Shown: positions 30,136-43,820 of the stretch, one piece after another
Position numbering within the stretch: the first letter of the stretch is position 1
How the letters are laid out: each line of letters starts with the position of its first letter
Assembly: GCF_009914755.1 (NCBI RefSeq)
Contig: NC_060936.1
DNA: 64,000 nt
Strand: one strand, 5' to 3'
From: the human T2T-CHM13v2.0 reference genome, Homo sapiens
The notes under the pieces: generated by a model
Told to the model about the DNA's origin: nothing
Seen by the model: the letters and a program-made list of their open reading frames with translations, nothing else
Databases searched by the model: none
Position numbers and translations under genes: made by a program

Positions 30136-32685
30136 GTGCTTTTCTGTGTTTTTCAAATATTCTTCATAGAGAATGGATTGCATTTCAAACAAGAAAAGTA
30201 AACCCAGCTGTTAGGTCTGAGAGATTCTCATAAGGAAATCTTTGATTTAATATATCACCTGATGCAAATTTTATTTCCTGTCCTAGAACATGGCATTGGT
30301 GTAGCCGTGTGAGGTTATCCATACACACTCCAGAGCAAGACGGCCCTGGTTTGAATTCTGTGCTATCATTTATTAGCTGGGTGACCCTGAGCAGATTTCT
30401 TAACTTCTTTGTGCCTCAGGCTCCTTGGCATAGGAGTGATGATGGAGTACCTTGTAGAGTTGCGGAAAGGAATAAATGAATTAAGATATGTAAAATACTT
30501 AGAGCAATTGCTGGCAAATAAAAAGCACTTTGGCAGCACAGACCTACCTTCCCCCACCCCTCCCTCATCTCTAATTAGTCTAAATGGCTAAGGCCTTTTT
30601 TTCCTCTCTTTTCCCTCTCATTAAAGCTACCCTGTTCCACCTTCTGTTGCATTCCTTGGGGATCCTGCCAGGTATAAGTGGGTAGTGATGAATTAATCAG
30701 GTTGGCCAATCACATTCTTCTATGTTCAGGTCTTACTTCCTCCAGGGAATGCCCTCTAACCCAGTTTTGAAGGCTCCAGAGAGCCCTGTACAGGCCTGGG
30801 GTGGAGTGGGGGTGGGTAGACACCTGTGGCTTCTGCCTGGCAGCATTTATGTGTCTTTACTCTGGTCATAGTCCCTCAATACCTCTTTGGGACATCTTTC
30901 TTACCACTTTGTGCAGATTCACTGGGAACGTCCATCAAAGGACGTCAACCTTCCTTCACTAGGGGTGGGCACATGGCCCAAGCTAAGCCAAGCAGAGCCT
31001 CTCTCCTGGGAATTTGAACCTCATGCAGAGAGACTTGAGGATGGGAAATAGTTGAAGCTGATTCATTCCAGAGACAGTGTCCTGAGATGTCCATTTTCCT
31101 TGCTCCAGATCCCCAGAGTGGCCCCATTCTGTCCTTCCTGACATCTAAATAGTGTTCAACATTTCTTTTCGATTAAATGAACTATCCCACATCCCTTTCT
31201 CCCCAAATTACGTAAAGTCTGTTTCTTTCACTTAAAAACAAAGAATACCAGCTGCTAAGCTATAGTAAGTACACTAGGAGAGAGGGAATGAGAGAGAGAG
31301 AGAGAGATGTCAGGCTGGGCAGCATAGCATCTCCCATGCTACCTGTAAGGTGACACCTGAGTTCTAAACCAGCCAAACTACTAACTCCTTCTGTGACCCT
31401 GGCCAAGTCCTTTCACCTCTCCCCCTCTTCCCCCAACCCCCATTCTCCTTTGCAGAGTTCTTTTCCTAGAAGAGTCCCATAAATGCAGTTGTGCTGGAGT
31501 CCCCTCCTAAGGCCCCTGTGCATTTTCCTGGGAGTATCCCACACATTCCACAGCCTTCTCTAAGCTAACACACCCAAGTCCCTTCCAGATCAGCTCCCTG
31601 AGGCTTCAGGTGGCTCCTAGACATCACCACTCACAGGATTCTCAAACTGCACATCTCCAAAGGAGAATCCACTATCTCTCCCTGCAAACTGCTCCCTTCC
31701 CTTCCTTCCCCCAAGTTAGTACTCAGCACAAACACCTTCCCTGCAGAAACCCCAGAGCTCTTCTAGACTTCTCTCCTTGTCAGCTGTCACCAAGCTGCTG
31801 TCCATACTCTCTGATCTGTATCTGCCAATACTGTCCTCTGCCATATGAGTTCTGTTGTCCAGCAATTGTCACTTTACAAAATCCAGTCATCCATTTATTA
31901 CTTAACCCTTACAACAAGTCGAGGAGGTGGATGGATGGTATCATCTCAATTTAAGGAAACGGAGGATCAGAAAAGGAAAGCCATCTGCTTAGGGTCACAC
32001 AGGAATTAGAAAGTAGAGCTGGGGTTTGAACCTAGAGATGACTGAGCCTAAAACCCATGCTGGTCCCTCCAGGACCTCCTCTGTCCATGGTGCCCGAATG
32101 CAGGAGGAGCAAGATCTAAGCCCGTCTCTCTCTGGCAGGTTACTAAGGTCCACAGTGCAAACAGCAACAGTGTTGTTCATGAGCTCATCTGCTCCATCTT
32201 GCTCCACCCAGCCCTAATCCGGGCTCATGACCTGGGAATTCATCTCCCAGGCAACCAGAGTGATGCAACAAACAGAGGAGCTGCCCAGGCAGGATTGGTG
32301 CAAGCCCAGGACCGTGGCTGACGTTCAAGGGCTCCAGCCCAGAATGCCCCCTCTGTGGAATTAGCACCATGTGCCCCTGATGAGCCAGAGGAATCCAAAA
32401 CCCAGTCCTGGCAAGGACAACAGAGGCTGGAAACATGGGGAGGCTCGTGACCTGCAGTCATCACAAAACACTCATTGTGCATCCTGGGGTACAGGGGAGG
32501 GTTCAAGAGACCCACGTTTTGTGTCTTGCCCCAAGAATTACTAACTCTGCATACAATTCATCAGGAAATCCTTCGCTGCCAAATGTATCCAGTGTCCAAA
32601 CACTTCTCACCACCTCCCCTGCCTCCACCTTGATCCAAGCCTATGTTACAGCAAAGGTTGTTTCCACACTTGTCCCTACAGTCAA

Positions 32686-32980
32686 TTTTTTTTTTCTGAG
32701 ACAGAGTCTCGCTCTGTCACCCAGGCTGAAGGGCAGTGGTGCGGTCTCAACTCACTGCAGCCTCTGCCTCGCAGGCTCAAGCGATTCTCATGTCTCAACC
32801 TCCTGAGTAGCAGGGACTACAGACATGTGCCACTGCACCCAGATAATTTTTTTGTATTTTTAGTAGAGATGGGGTTTTGCCATGTTGGTCAAGCTGGTCT
32901 TGAACTCCCGGCCTCAAGTGATCTGCCCTCCTCGGCTTCCCACAGTGCTGGGATTACAGGCATGAGCCACCATGCCTGGT
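32686..32980 (-). mobile_element. Alu (J/S)
   Basis: Antisense Alu. Confidence 0.9.
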
Positions 32981-32984
32981 CAAT

Positions 32985-33440
32985 TTTTTTTAAAATTTTT
33001 ATTGTAGTAAAATATGTAACATGCAATATACCATTTAAATAATTTTCACAAGCGAACAACTCCGTGGCATTAAGTACATTCAAAATGCTGTGCAACCACC
33101 ACCACTATGTTCCAAACTTTTCATCGTCCAAAAAAAAAATCTCTGTAAGCATTAAGCAACAACTTCCTCATTTCTCTCTGCACCCAGCCCCTGGGAACTT
33201 CTAATCTACTTTCTGTCTCTAAATTTGCCTGCTCTAGACATTTCATATCAGTAAAATCATACCATATTTGTTCTTTTGTGTCAGGCTTCTTTCACTTAGC
33301 TTAATGTTTTCAAGGTTCTTCCATGTTATAGCATATATTGAAACATCATTTCTTTTTATGACTGAGTAATATTCCACATTGTATGGATATGACATTGTAT
33401 GGATATGACATGCTGTGCATACACGTATCTGTTGATGTAT
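32985..33440 (-). mobile_element. L1M 3' end fragment
   Basis: gtggcattaagtacattca...ctaatctactttctgtctct...ttctttcacttagc..aatgttttcaaggttc. Confidence 0.7.
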
Positions 33441-33699
33441 ACCCTGCAGTCAGTTTGAACACTAAAGCTGGATTGACCTCGGTAAAATATTACTCAGTTC
33501 AAATATGACTCAGATCAAAGCCTCTTAAGGCTCCTCTATTCAGCAAAATCCATAGTCCTTATCATGACTACAAAGCCCTAAAGGATTCTCCCTACACACA
33601 TACACACAGACATGCCTACACATACACAGGCACACACACACATGCACGCACGCACACATGCACACAAACTTGCATGTACACCCTGTTCCCTTTGTGCCC

Positions 33700-34172
33700 C
33701 TTCAGCCTCATCACTTTCCCCTCTCCCCATCCCCACTCCACTCCTTGCTGCTCCATGAATGCCCCTGGCACACCACCACCCCAGGGCCTTTGAACATCCT
33801 GCATGTGCTCTTCCTCAAGACATCTGCATGGCTGAGCCCCTCATTTCCATCAAATATTTGCTCAAATATAATCTCAGTGAGGCTCAGCCTGAACACCCCA
33901 TTTGAAACTGTAGCTGTTCCCCTTTGTTTATCATTCCCTATCTCCCTTATCAGATCTGTTTTTTTTTCCACACCACTTGCCACTTTCTGACATATTCTGT
34001 AATTTATCTATTCATGACTTCCATTGTTTATTATCTCCCTCCACTTCTAGAATGTAAGTTCTACAAGGGCAGGGATTTTTCACCTGTTCCATTCATCAAT
34101 GTGTCTGAAGCACTGAAGACAATGGCTAATATCCAGGAGGCACTCGGTAGAAATATTTGTTGAGTTAATAAA
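33700..34172 (+). mobile_element. L2 3' fragment
   Basis: cccagggcctttgaac...ctagaatgtaagttctacaagggcaggga...aaatatttgttgag. Confidence 0.65.
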
Positions 34173-34476
34173 TATAAGTTGGGACGAGTTGCTGCACTTC
34201 TCTGGGCCCCTGTATCTGTGAATTAGGGATTACAATCTGTCCCTGGAGCAGTGGGTGTTAGGGTGGGAATCATGTTAGATAACGATTGTTACCACCCTTC
34301 ATACATCATAAGGTATTATGCAAGTAAGAGAGGGTGGCGGAAAACTGATCTTCATTGAGTACTCTTGATGTCAGATACTTTCCATAATGTATCTCATTTC
34401 ATTATTGCCATTTTACAGATGAGGAGACTGAGGCTCAGAAAGGTGAATTAACTTGTCCTGACATCACAGTGTGTAA

Positions 34477-34837
<361 letters not shown>

Positions 34838-37397
34838 AGGGCTTTTTCTGTAAGTTGAGTCCAGCTCTGTTATTTCATAAGCCTGAGAGCAAACTCCTTC
34901 TTCACCAGGGAACAGTGCTGGACCCAGGAGAATAATAAGAATGAAGCTATGAACAATAACCACCTTTTATTAAGAGCTTCGTACATATGTCAGGCTCACT
35001 TTTCTAGGTGCCAGGTGCTTTCCATATCTCCCCTCACAAGAAAGCAGGGAATAGGTATTATTATTATTCCCTCGTAACAGGTGATGGAGAACCTGAGGCT
35101 CAGAGAGGTCAGGCCACTGACTTGAGGCTACACAGCTAATAAATAGCAGAGACAGCATCTGAGCCCATAGCAATCTGACTCTGATGGCATCTTAAAAAGG
35201 GATGATCATAGGAATATGGTTTCTCTAATGCTATGTATGGCCCCCACCTCCATGACCACACCCAAGGACCTCCCCACCCAAAGCAGACCCCAGATGGTGC
35301 TTCTGTAGGCGGGAAGGTAAACACAACACCAACCCTCACGCCTGTGCCCTCAGTGCTAGCAGCAGGATGCAAAAGGAGAAGGCATGGGTGGGAGCTGAGA
35401 TGGGGATCCCACGGGCCTGCGTTGTCAACCAAGATAAATGAATGAACCACTCAGCAAACCAGGGCACTTCCACCCCAGAGCAGAACTGTCACTGGTAAAT
35501 AAATCATCGAAGCTCTACACTGGACGTGCCAATTTCAGCAGGAGATGATGAGTGCATTTATCTGCTTGGCGACACGCTGGATGTCTTCAGGCTGTGAGGG
35601 GCTATGAAAATACTCCTCAGCATGCACTCCGCCCGAGGCTGGTTCCGCGGCATGGGTGGCGGGAGTGGGAAGAGCATCTCCTTCCAGAACTGTGTTCATC
35701 TTAAACTTCCCACAGTCCCCCTGATTCAGGGGCCTGATGCTTTCTATGCCTTTTAAAATAATAATAACCATCATCGTCATCATAAGTAGCGTGTATTGAG
35801 TGCTTACTATGTGCCAGGCATTGTGATTTTAAAAAATATACATTATCTCCCTAACTGGCTAAAATGTTGAGTCTCTGCTGCATAGGAAAATGACTCCTTT
35901 GAGGTTGTCTATTCTTTACAATGATTCCCAAACACTGAGTGATATCTAAGAGAGGTGGTCCAGCTCCAGGTCAGAGCTTAACTTCCAAGAACTTCCCTAA
36001 GTTCCCACTATCACCAGCAGCAGTAACCACCACCACTCCAAGCCTCCTCTCTCTGATTAGACTCCCAAAAGGAGACAACAGAGGATAGTGAAAGGAGACC
36101 AGTGGGAGGTGGGAGAGAAGGAACTGGAACTGAAAAGCCCAGCTCTTGGGGAGATAAAGAAAGTTGAAGCTCAGAAACTTAGGAACCAAGTTCTTGCCAT
36201 TCGGAGGAACCTGGTCACAATGTTCCACCAAGTTCTGCTGTGCCCTGCCCAAAAATTATTGTCTTGGGAAGTAAAGCTATCAAAAATCTATTATCTTTGG
36301 GAGGGGTTGGCAGAACACCCCTGGTATCTATGGAGACATGTGTTAGATAAATGGAGTGAAGGAGGAGAAGAAGGAGATGCTGTCTAGGCCTTAGCATACT
36401 TCTTTCATTCAATTCTTAAAATGACCCATTTGACAAAGGAGGGCACTTGGCCGATAGAGGGGTGTTATTTTGAAGTCCCAAAATGTTTTCCATCAGAAGT
36501 TTACAACTTATTCCAAGCCCTCCCACATCCTGTGGAAAGACCCCTGGCCCTATAGCCAATGGCCCAGTCAGCCACAAAACACTTCTGCACCTCTCACCTC
36601 TTTGAAAACAAGAAATAAATAACCAACCATCAGAAATCTGCAGTTGTAAAAACCAAGTTGTGAAATTGTCTTTATTTATATCATCACAATACATTGAAAG
36701 GATCAGCTTACAAAATAGCAGGTACAATAGGATACCATTTAAAAATTGCATAAGAATTAAAGTGCTGGAAAGAAATATACCCAATACTAACAATGATTTT
36801 TTTTTTGGAGTAAGGGAGAGCAGATGTATTGGTGATTTTTATTTTATTAGTTTAGCTTATCTATAATTTTCTAATTTATCAGCAAGGTACATGTGGGGTG
36901 TGTCTTAATTGAATAATAAACAACAAAATAAAAGGTTGTTTTTTTTCTCAAAAGAAAGAATGAAATAAATACCTTGGAACCTGTATAAAGCTGCTGCAGG
37001 GAAACGGTGCGAACATCTACACCAGTGGCCAGCCTTGTTCTTCCACAGTTCTTCGTGCTTATTTTTATTTATTTATTTTATGTTTCAGGGAACATAATAC
37101 AACTGGATCTAAGCTTAAGCAAACACGTGATGAGGGAACAAGTAAACAGGCAGGTAGGTCATCAGGATTTCTATTGTGTTTGTTTCTACACAGAAAAAAG
37201 AAAGGGGCCTGTGCTTTTGACTCAAAATTGCCTCCCACTGCATCGCCTGGTTCCTCTAATGTCCAAAAGGAAATCCTGTCAAGCCCCTTAGAACTCCCCA
37301 GGCTCCTTCACATCCAGCCCTCATCCATTCAGTTCCCACTAACAGGGCACCACCTCACCTTTCATTTCTTTTTTCATTGATTCGGTGAAGTTCATAT

Positions 37398-38157
37398 GCC
37401 AGAGTTCAAATCCTCACTCTGCCTGAGTTCAAATCTCCACTCTCCCTGAGTTCAAATATCTACTCTACCTGAAAGTAAATCCCACTCTACCTGAGTTCAA
37501 ATCACCACTCTGCCAGAGTTCAAATCTCTACTCTACCTGAGTTCCAATCTCTACTCTGCCTGAGTTCAAATCCCCACTCTGCCTGAGTTCAAATATCTAC
37601 TCTATCTGAAAGCAAATCCCACTCTACCTGAGTTCAAATCCCCACTTGGCCTTAGCACAAATCTCCACTCTGCCAGAGTTCAAATCTCTACTCTGCCTGA
37701 GTTCAAATCTCTACTCTGCCTGAGTGCAAATCTCTACCCTGCCTGAGTTCAAATCCCCACTCTGCCTGAGTGCAAATCCCCACTCTGCCTGAGTTCAAAT
37801 CCCCACTCTGCCTGAGTTCAAATATTTACTCTACCTGAATGCAAATCCCCACTCTATCTGAGTCCAAATCTCCACTCGGCCTTAGCACAAATCTCCACTC
37901 TGCCTGAGTTCAAATCTCCACTCAGCCTGAGTTCAAATCTACACTCTGCCTGGGTTGAAATCTCCACTCGCCTGAGTTCAAATCTCCACTCTGCCTGAGT
38001 TCAACTCTCCACTCTGCCTGAGTTCAAATGTCTACTCTGCCTGAATGCAAATCTCCACTCTGCCTGAGTTCACATCTCCACTCTGTCAGAGTCCAAATCG
38101 TTACCCTGCCTGAGTGCAATTTCCAACCCTGCCTAAGTGCAAATCCCCACTCTGCCC
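37398..38157. repeat. Minisatellite/VNTR: about 33 copies of a 23-bp unit GCCTGAGTTCAAATCTCCACTCT, derived from a MIR
   Basis: Direct tandem array; continues into the MIR core (cttaggcaagtcacttcacc...cctcagc) at 38160-38270. Confidence 0.93.
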
Positions 38158-39271
38158 TCAACTAACTAGAGGATCTTAGGCAAGTCACTTCACCTATCCA
38201 AACCTCAGCATCGTCATTAGTAAAGGGGTAATTTTCATTACCAACCCCTCGGGTTGACTAAGGGAGATAATGCTCACAGTGTCTTTGGGACATGGCAGTG
38301 AATGGCAGGCAACATGAACCCCTCTCTCTCTTTTCTCTTCTGCTTTTTTGTTTCCTCTCATGAAGGTGCCCAAAGGGTCAAAATGGTGTTTGGGGACACA
38401 ACAGTGCTTTCTTACTCTCCGAGGCTTCTAATGCAACTCATAGCCTTTGAATAGGGTTGTCATCTCATGACTCCCACGGTGATTGCAGGATGCCTGTCCT
38501 CAGACTGGCCGAAAGCCAGACAGACCACCAGTCTACCAATTTCTGAATTTGCCAAAAATGTTCTTGAAGACCAGCCTTCCTGAATATATCCAATGAATAT
38601 TAATATGGTCTGCTTAATATATTAGTCTTGAACATATTCAGAGAACATATCCTTCTCAGCAGCATTTTAAGCTTAATTTGTCTAACACTAAATATCATGG
38701 GGGCTGTTTAGCTTTCTTATGACTATCTGCTAATGAAGAATAGATTATTGAATATCTTAAACAGAGTCTTGAATATAATTAAAATATCCTGGCTACATTT
38801 TTGGATAAGAGTATTCAAGAAGCATAAATTCACTGAGAATTACCATTGAACTGATTAAAAGAGCATATTATGAGAATGTAGTCATTGACTATGTTCAAGA
38901 GCAGGATGTTCGTCTTCAGTAATTATATTTGATAAGAGTTTTCCTTAAAATACAGTTTTGGAAAACTGGCAAATTTGACCGATTGGATCGATTGATTTCA
39001 AGCATCTTGATTATTTTAGGGAACTACTGATCATGGAGTTGATTTTTGATAAATTGGCCAAATTGACTGTGAACTGCTGGGGCAGACAAACAGAGTGCCC
39101 CCTGTGAGGTCTGCGGGGAGGTCCACAAAGATTCACCTCCAACTTCCTTTGTGCTCAACTTCGGCCAAAGCCCTAACCCTCCAGCTCTACTCCAACTCTC
39201 TGGAGCACCCCTACTCTCTCTGGGCACTGAAGGCCACCCACATTTTAAGAGGACCCTGTCCTCTTTATTAG

Positions 39272-39586
<315 letters not shown>

Positions 39587-39979
39587 CTCAAGTATGTATT
39601 TATGCTGCAGGAATGTGGATCATGGACTAAGAGCCAAAACTCAAATACGTAACTCTGAGTTTGAATCCTATTTCTGCTGCTGACTGGCTGTGTGATCTTA
39701 GGTAACTGACATAACCTCTCTGGGCTTTAGTTTCTTCTGTAAACCAAGGTGAAAATAGTTCCAACTCTAGAGAATTGCATCAAGGATTTCATGAGATCAG
39801 CCCTTAAAGTGCTGAGCACAGTGCCTGGCACATAGTAAGAGCTCAATGCATGATAGCTCTCATTGTCGTTATTGTTGTAATCTGAGAAATTTGCTTCTAG
39901 TTTTAGGGAAATCCCTTCATGTCTCTAGTCTTTGGTTTCCTTCTCTGTAAAATTTAAAATGGTAAAGGCAGACTAGATC

Positions 39980-40490
39980 CATCCTTCTCAAAGAGAGATT
40001 AGAGGCTTCCAGAGGGCTCCCACTACACTTTCAGGGGGTCCACGAGATCAAAACTATTTTTTGTAACACTACTAAGGTGTTATTTGCCTTTTTCACTCTC
40101 ATACTCTCATGAGTAGAGAGAAAAATTTCGCTTAGTCAACATGACCAGTGATATCACAATAGAATGAAGGCAGGAGCAGCAATGAGAATCCAGTCATCAT
40201 TGAATGTTGAACATCTGAGAGATTTGCAAAAATATAAAACAATGTACTTCTTCTCGGTTTTTTGGAAAATATAGTTATTTTTCATAAAAATATGATATTT
40301 TTGTTAACATTACATGGGTTGCCTATTGTTTTTAAATGGATTTATACATAAATATTTTAAAAATGTGTCAGTTTTAATTTCTAAAGTAGTAAATAATGAT
40401 AGCTATATCTATACAAACACATTATTTGGGGTCTTCAGTAATTTTTAAGAGTCTAAAGTGTCCAGAGATCAATACGTTTGAGAATTACTA
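39980..40490. mobile_element. hAT-Charlie1 family non-autonomous element (MER119-like)
   Basis: tttcagggggtccacgagatcaaaactatttt...gagatttgcaaaaatataaaacaatg...tttgagaattacta. Confidence 0.55.
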
Positions 40491-41261
40491 GATTAGATTA
40501 TTTCAATAGGTCCAAGAGTCTGGGGTTGTTACATGCCAGGCCCTCAATATATGTTGCTCATTCATCTTCATTCACTTATTCATACTGCAACAGACATTTA
40601 AGGAGTAGTTCCTATGTGCCAGGCACTTTGCAAGTTGCTGGGGGTATAATGGAGGAAAAGACACAGTTTCTGGTAGGGAATACATGAACATACTTGTTCA
40701 TTGAGTGATATAGACACACAAACCCGATGATAGTCCTTATGAGGCAAGAGGAAGACAGGCTGGTGTGAGCTTAGAAGTAGGGTGGCAGGAACAAGATGAC
40801 ACCACAGGCAAGGAGTGTTAGCAAAGAATTCTCAATCACATTTGCAGGAATGCGCTTGGAACTGAGAGGGAGATTCGGGCAAGGAATCAAGGTGGGGCTC
40901 AGAGGGGCACACAGGGGTTGAGGGTTCAAACATCTTGGACTGTGATTCAGGAATGATGACCTCTGTCTTTGAGCCAGGTGAGAACAGCACCTCAGAGAGA
41001 GACAGCCACAACAGACATGGGTTACCTAGGAGACATCTGATGCTCTGTCTTGCAGCTGTTCATACATGTGCTTCTTTCTGCCTGTAACATTGTGGCCTGT
41101 CCTCAGTTTTCTTCAGGTGGCCAATGCTCCTACCTTTAGCACTCTGCTTCTTCTAGCTATCTCCTCTTATACCCGGGGCTCCCAAGACAGACTGCATAAC
41201 CATCAATGCACCTGTCACTGGATCATCCACACCTACTTCCCTCCCTTACCAGACTGTAAGT

Positions 41262-41593
<332 letters not shown>

Positions 41594-42002
41594 TAGACTG
41601 TAAGTTTCTTGAAGAATAAAATGGCATTCTGTCCCCATCATACTTGTGGGGAATAGCTCAGAACTTGTATACAATAAGCGTCATCGGCAGCAGCATCATT
41701 GCCATCATCATTATTAAAGCCATCATTTGGGTTCATGTTTTTTTTTTTTTTGCACTGTCACCACGTGCTAAACATTTTATAGATCTGAACTCATAAAGCT
41801 TAACTCTTTTAATCATTATCACAATACCCAGGTGGTATTAGGTCACACTCTATGAAACTGCCATTTTCTGTAGGTTAAAACAGTCCAATATTAACAATTT
41901 CCTGTGGTTCAATCAAATATCTTTTAGTGCCCCCATTTGACAGATGAGAAAATTGAGGCACTAAAAGACAATTATTTGATGAGTAATGAATAAATGAATG
42001 AA

Positions 42003-43055
42003 TATCGGGGGAAATTCACCCCCGATATTTCACGTAGGTTCTTTTCTACTTTCCCTAAGTGTCAGCTGGTCTGAGAAATAAAGGGAAAGAGTACAGAAGA
42101 CAGAAATTTTAAAGCTGGGTGTCCGGAGGAGACATCACATGTCAGCAGGTTCTGTGATGCCCCCCAAGCAGCAAAACCAGCAAGTTTTTGTTAGTGATTT
42201 TCAAAAGGGGAGGGAGTGTATGAATAGGGTGTAGGTCACAGAGATCACATGCTTCACAAGGTAATAAAATATCACAAGGCAATTGGAGGCAGGGTGAGAT
42301 CACAGGACCACAGGACCCAGGCAAAATTAAAATTGCTAATGAAGTTTCGGGCATGCATTGTCATTGATAACATCTTATCCAGAGACAGGGTTTGAGAGCA
42401 GACAACCGGTCTGACCAAAATTTATTAGGCGGGAATTTCCTTGTTCTAATAAGCCTGGAAGCACTACGGGAGACCGGGGCTTATTTCATCCCTTATTAAG
42501 CCGTAAAAGACAGCCGCCCCCAAAGCAGCCATTTCAGAGGCCTCCCCTTACGGACATGTTCTCTTTCTCAGGCATGTTCCTTGCTGAGAAAAAGAATTCA
42601 GCAATATTTCTCCTATTTGCTTTTGAAAGAAGAGAAATATGGCTCTGTTCTGCCCGGCCCACAGGCAGCCAGATTTTAAGGTTATCTCCCTTGTTGCCTG
42701 AACATTGCTGTTATCCTGTTCTTTTTTCAAGGTGCCCAGATTTCATATTGCTTAAACAATTTGTGCAGTTAATGCAATTATCACAGGGTCATCCTCAGCT
42801 TGTGAAGATGATGGGATTAAGAGATTAAAGTAAAGACAGGCATAGGAAATCACAAGAGTATTGATTGGGGAAGTGATGAGTGTCCATTAAATCTTTATAA
42901 TTTATGTTCAGAGATTGTAGTAAAGACAGGTGTAAGAAATTATAAAAGTATTAATTTGGGGAACTAATAAATGTCCATGAAATCTTCACAATTTATGTTC
43001 TTCTGCCATGGCTTCAGCCAGTCCCTCCGTTCGGGGTCCCTGACTTCCCGCAACA
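42003..43055 (-). mobile_element. MER11 solo LTR (HERV-K11/HML-8)
   Basis: Reverse complement begins TGTTGCGGGAAGTCAGGGACCCCGAACGGAGGGAC; about 1.05 kb; 6-bp TSD AATGAA (41997-42002, 43056-43061). Confidence 0.9.
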
Positions 43056-43465
43056 AATGAATAAATGAATCCTTAGAAATGAGAAAACTGATCTATGGTG
43101 AGCCCCCACTGTGCACCAGGCCCTTTGCAGGCATTCTTTCATCTTTGTAATGTGGCCTCATCCAAAGAGATTTTTAAGCGGGGGAATGATCAGTCAGGTT
43201 GCGTGCAGATGCATTACTTCATTTAATTCTTACCATGTCCTGAGGAGGGAAATAGGCAACTGTTACCACTACTGAAAAGATGAGAAAACTGAGGCTCAGA
43301 GATGTGAAGGGGCTTTCCAAGATCACACAGCCAGGCAGCAACAGAGGTAGGATTTCAACCCAGGTCCATCTGATTCCCTTCCTCAGGTCAGAAAACACAT
43401 AAGGGAGGCTTCTCATTGTTGTGTAGCAGGTGGGAAGCTCAGAGCCCCTCATTATGGAGGGAGTC

Positions 43466-43820
43466 TGTATTAGTCAGCTCTGGCTGCCGTAACAAAATAC
43501 TCCAATGGTTTGGTTTAAACACAACTGAAATTTATTTTCTCACATTTCTGGAGCTGAAAGTCCAAGATTGAGGTACTGGTAAATTCAGCTTCTGGTGAGG
43601 GCTCCCTTCCTGGCTTGCAGACAGCCACCTTCTTGCTCTCAGAGGGAGAGAGAGAGAGATAGAGAGAGAGAGATTCTCTTCTTATAAGCCTACTAATCCC
43701 ATTGGATCAGGGCCTCATGCTCATGACTTCATCTAATCTTAATTACTTCCTTAGAGGTCCCATCTCCAAATACAGCCACATTAGCAGTTGAATTTTGGTG
43801 GGACACAAACACTCAGTCAG
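43466..43820 (-). mobile_element. MLT1A-like LTR with internal (GA)n
   Basis: tgtattagtcagctctggctgccgtaacaaaatac...tctggtgagggc...gggacacaaacactcagtc. Confidence 0.7.

Noticed and set aside
37398-38157. Possible CRISPR-like array
   Set aside because: Units are contiguous with no unique spacers, there are no cas genes, the context is eukaryotic, and the unit derives from a MIR.
42825-43000. ~90-bp internal tandem duplication
   Set aside because: As recalled, this is an intrinsic part of the MER11 LTR consensus and not locus-specific.
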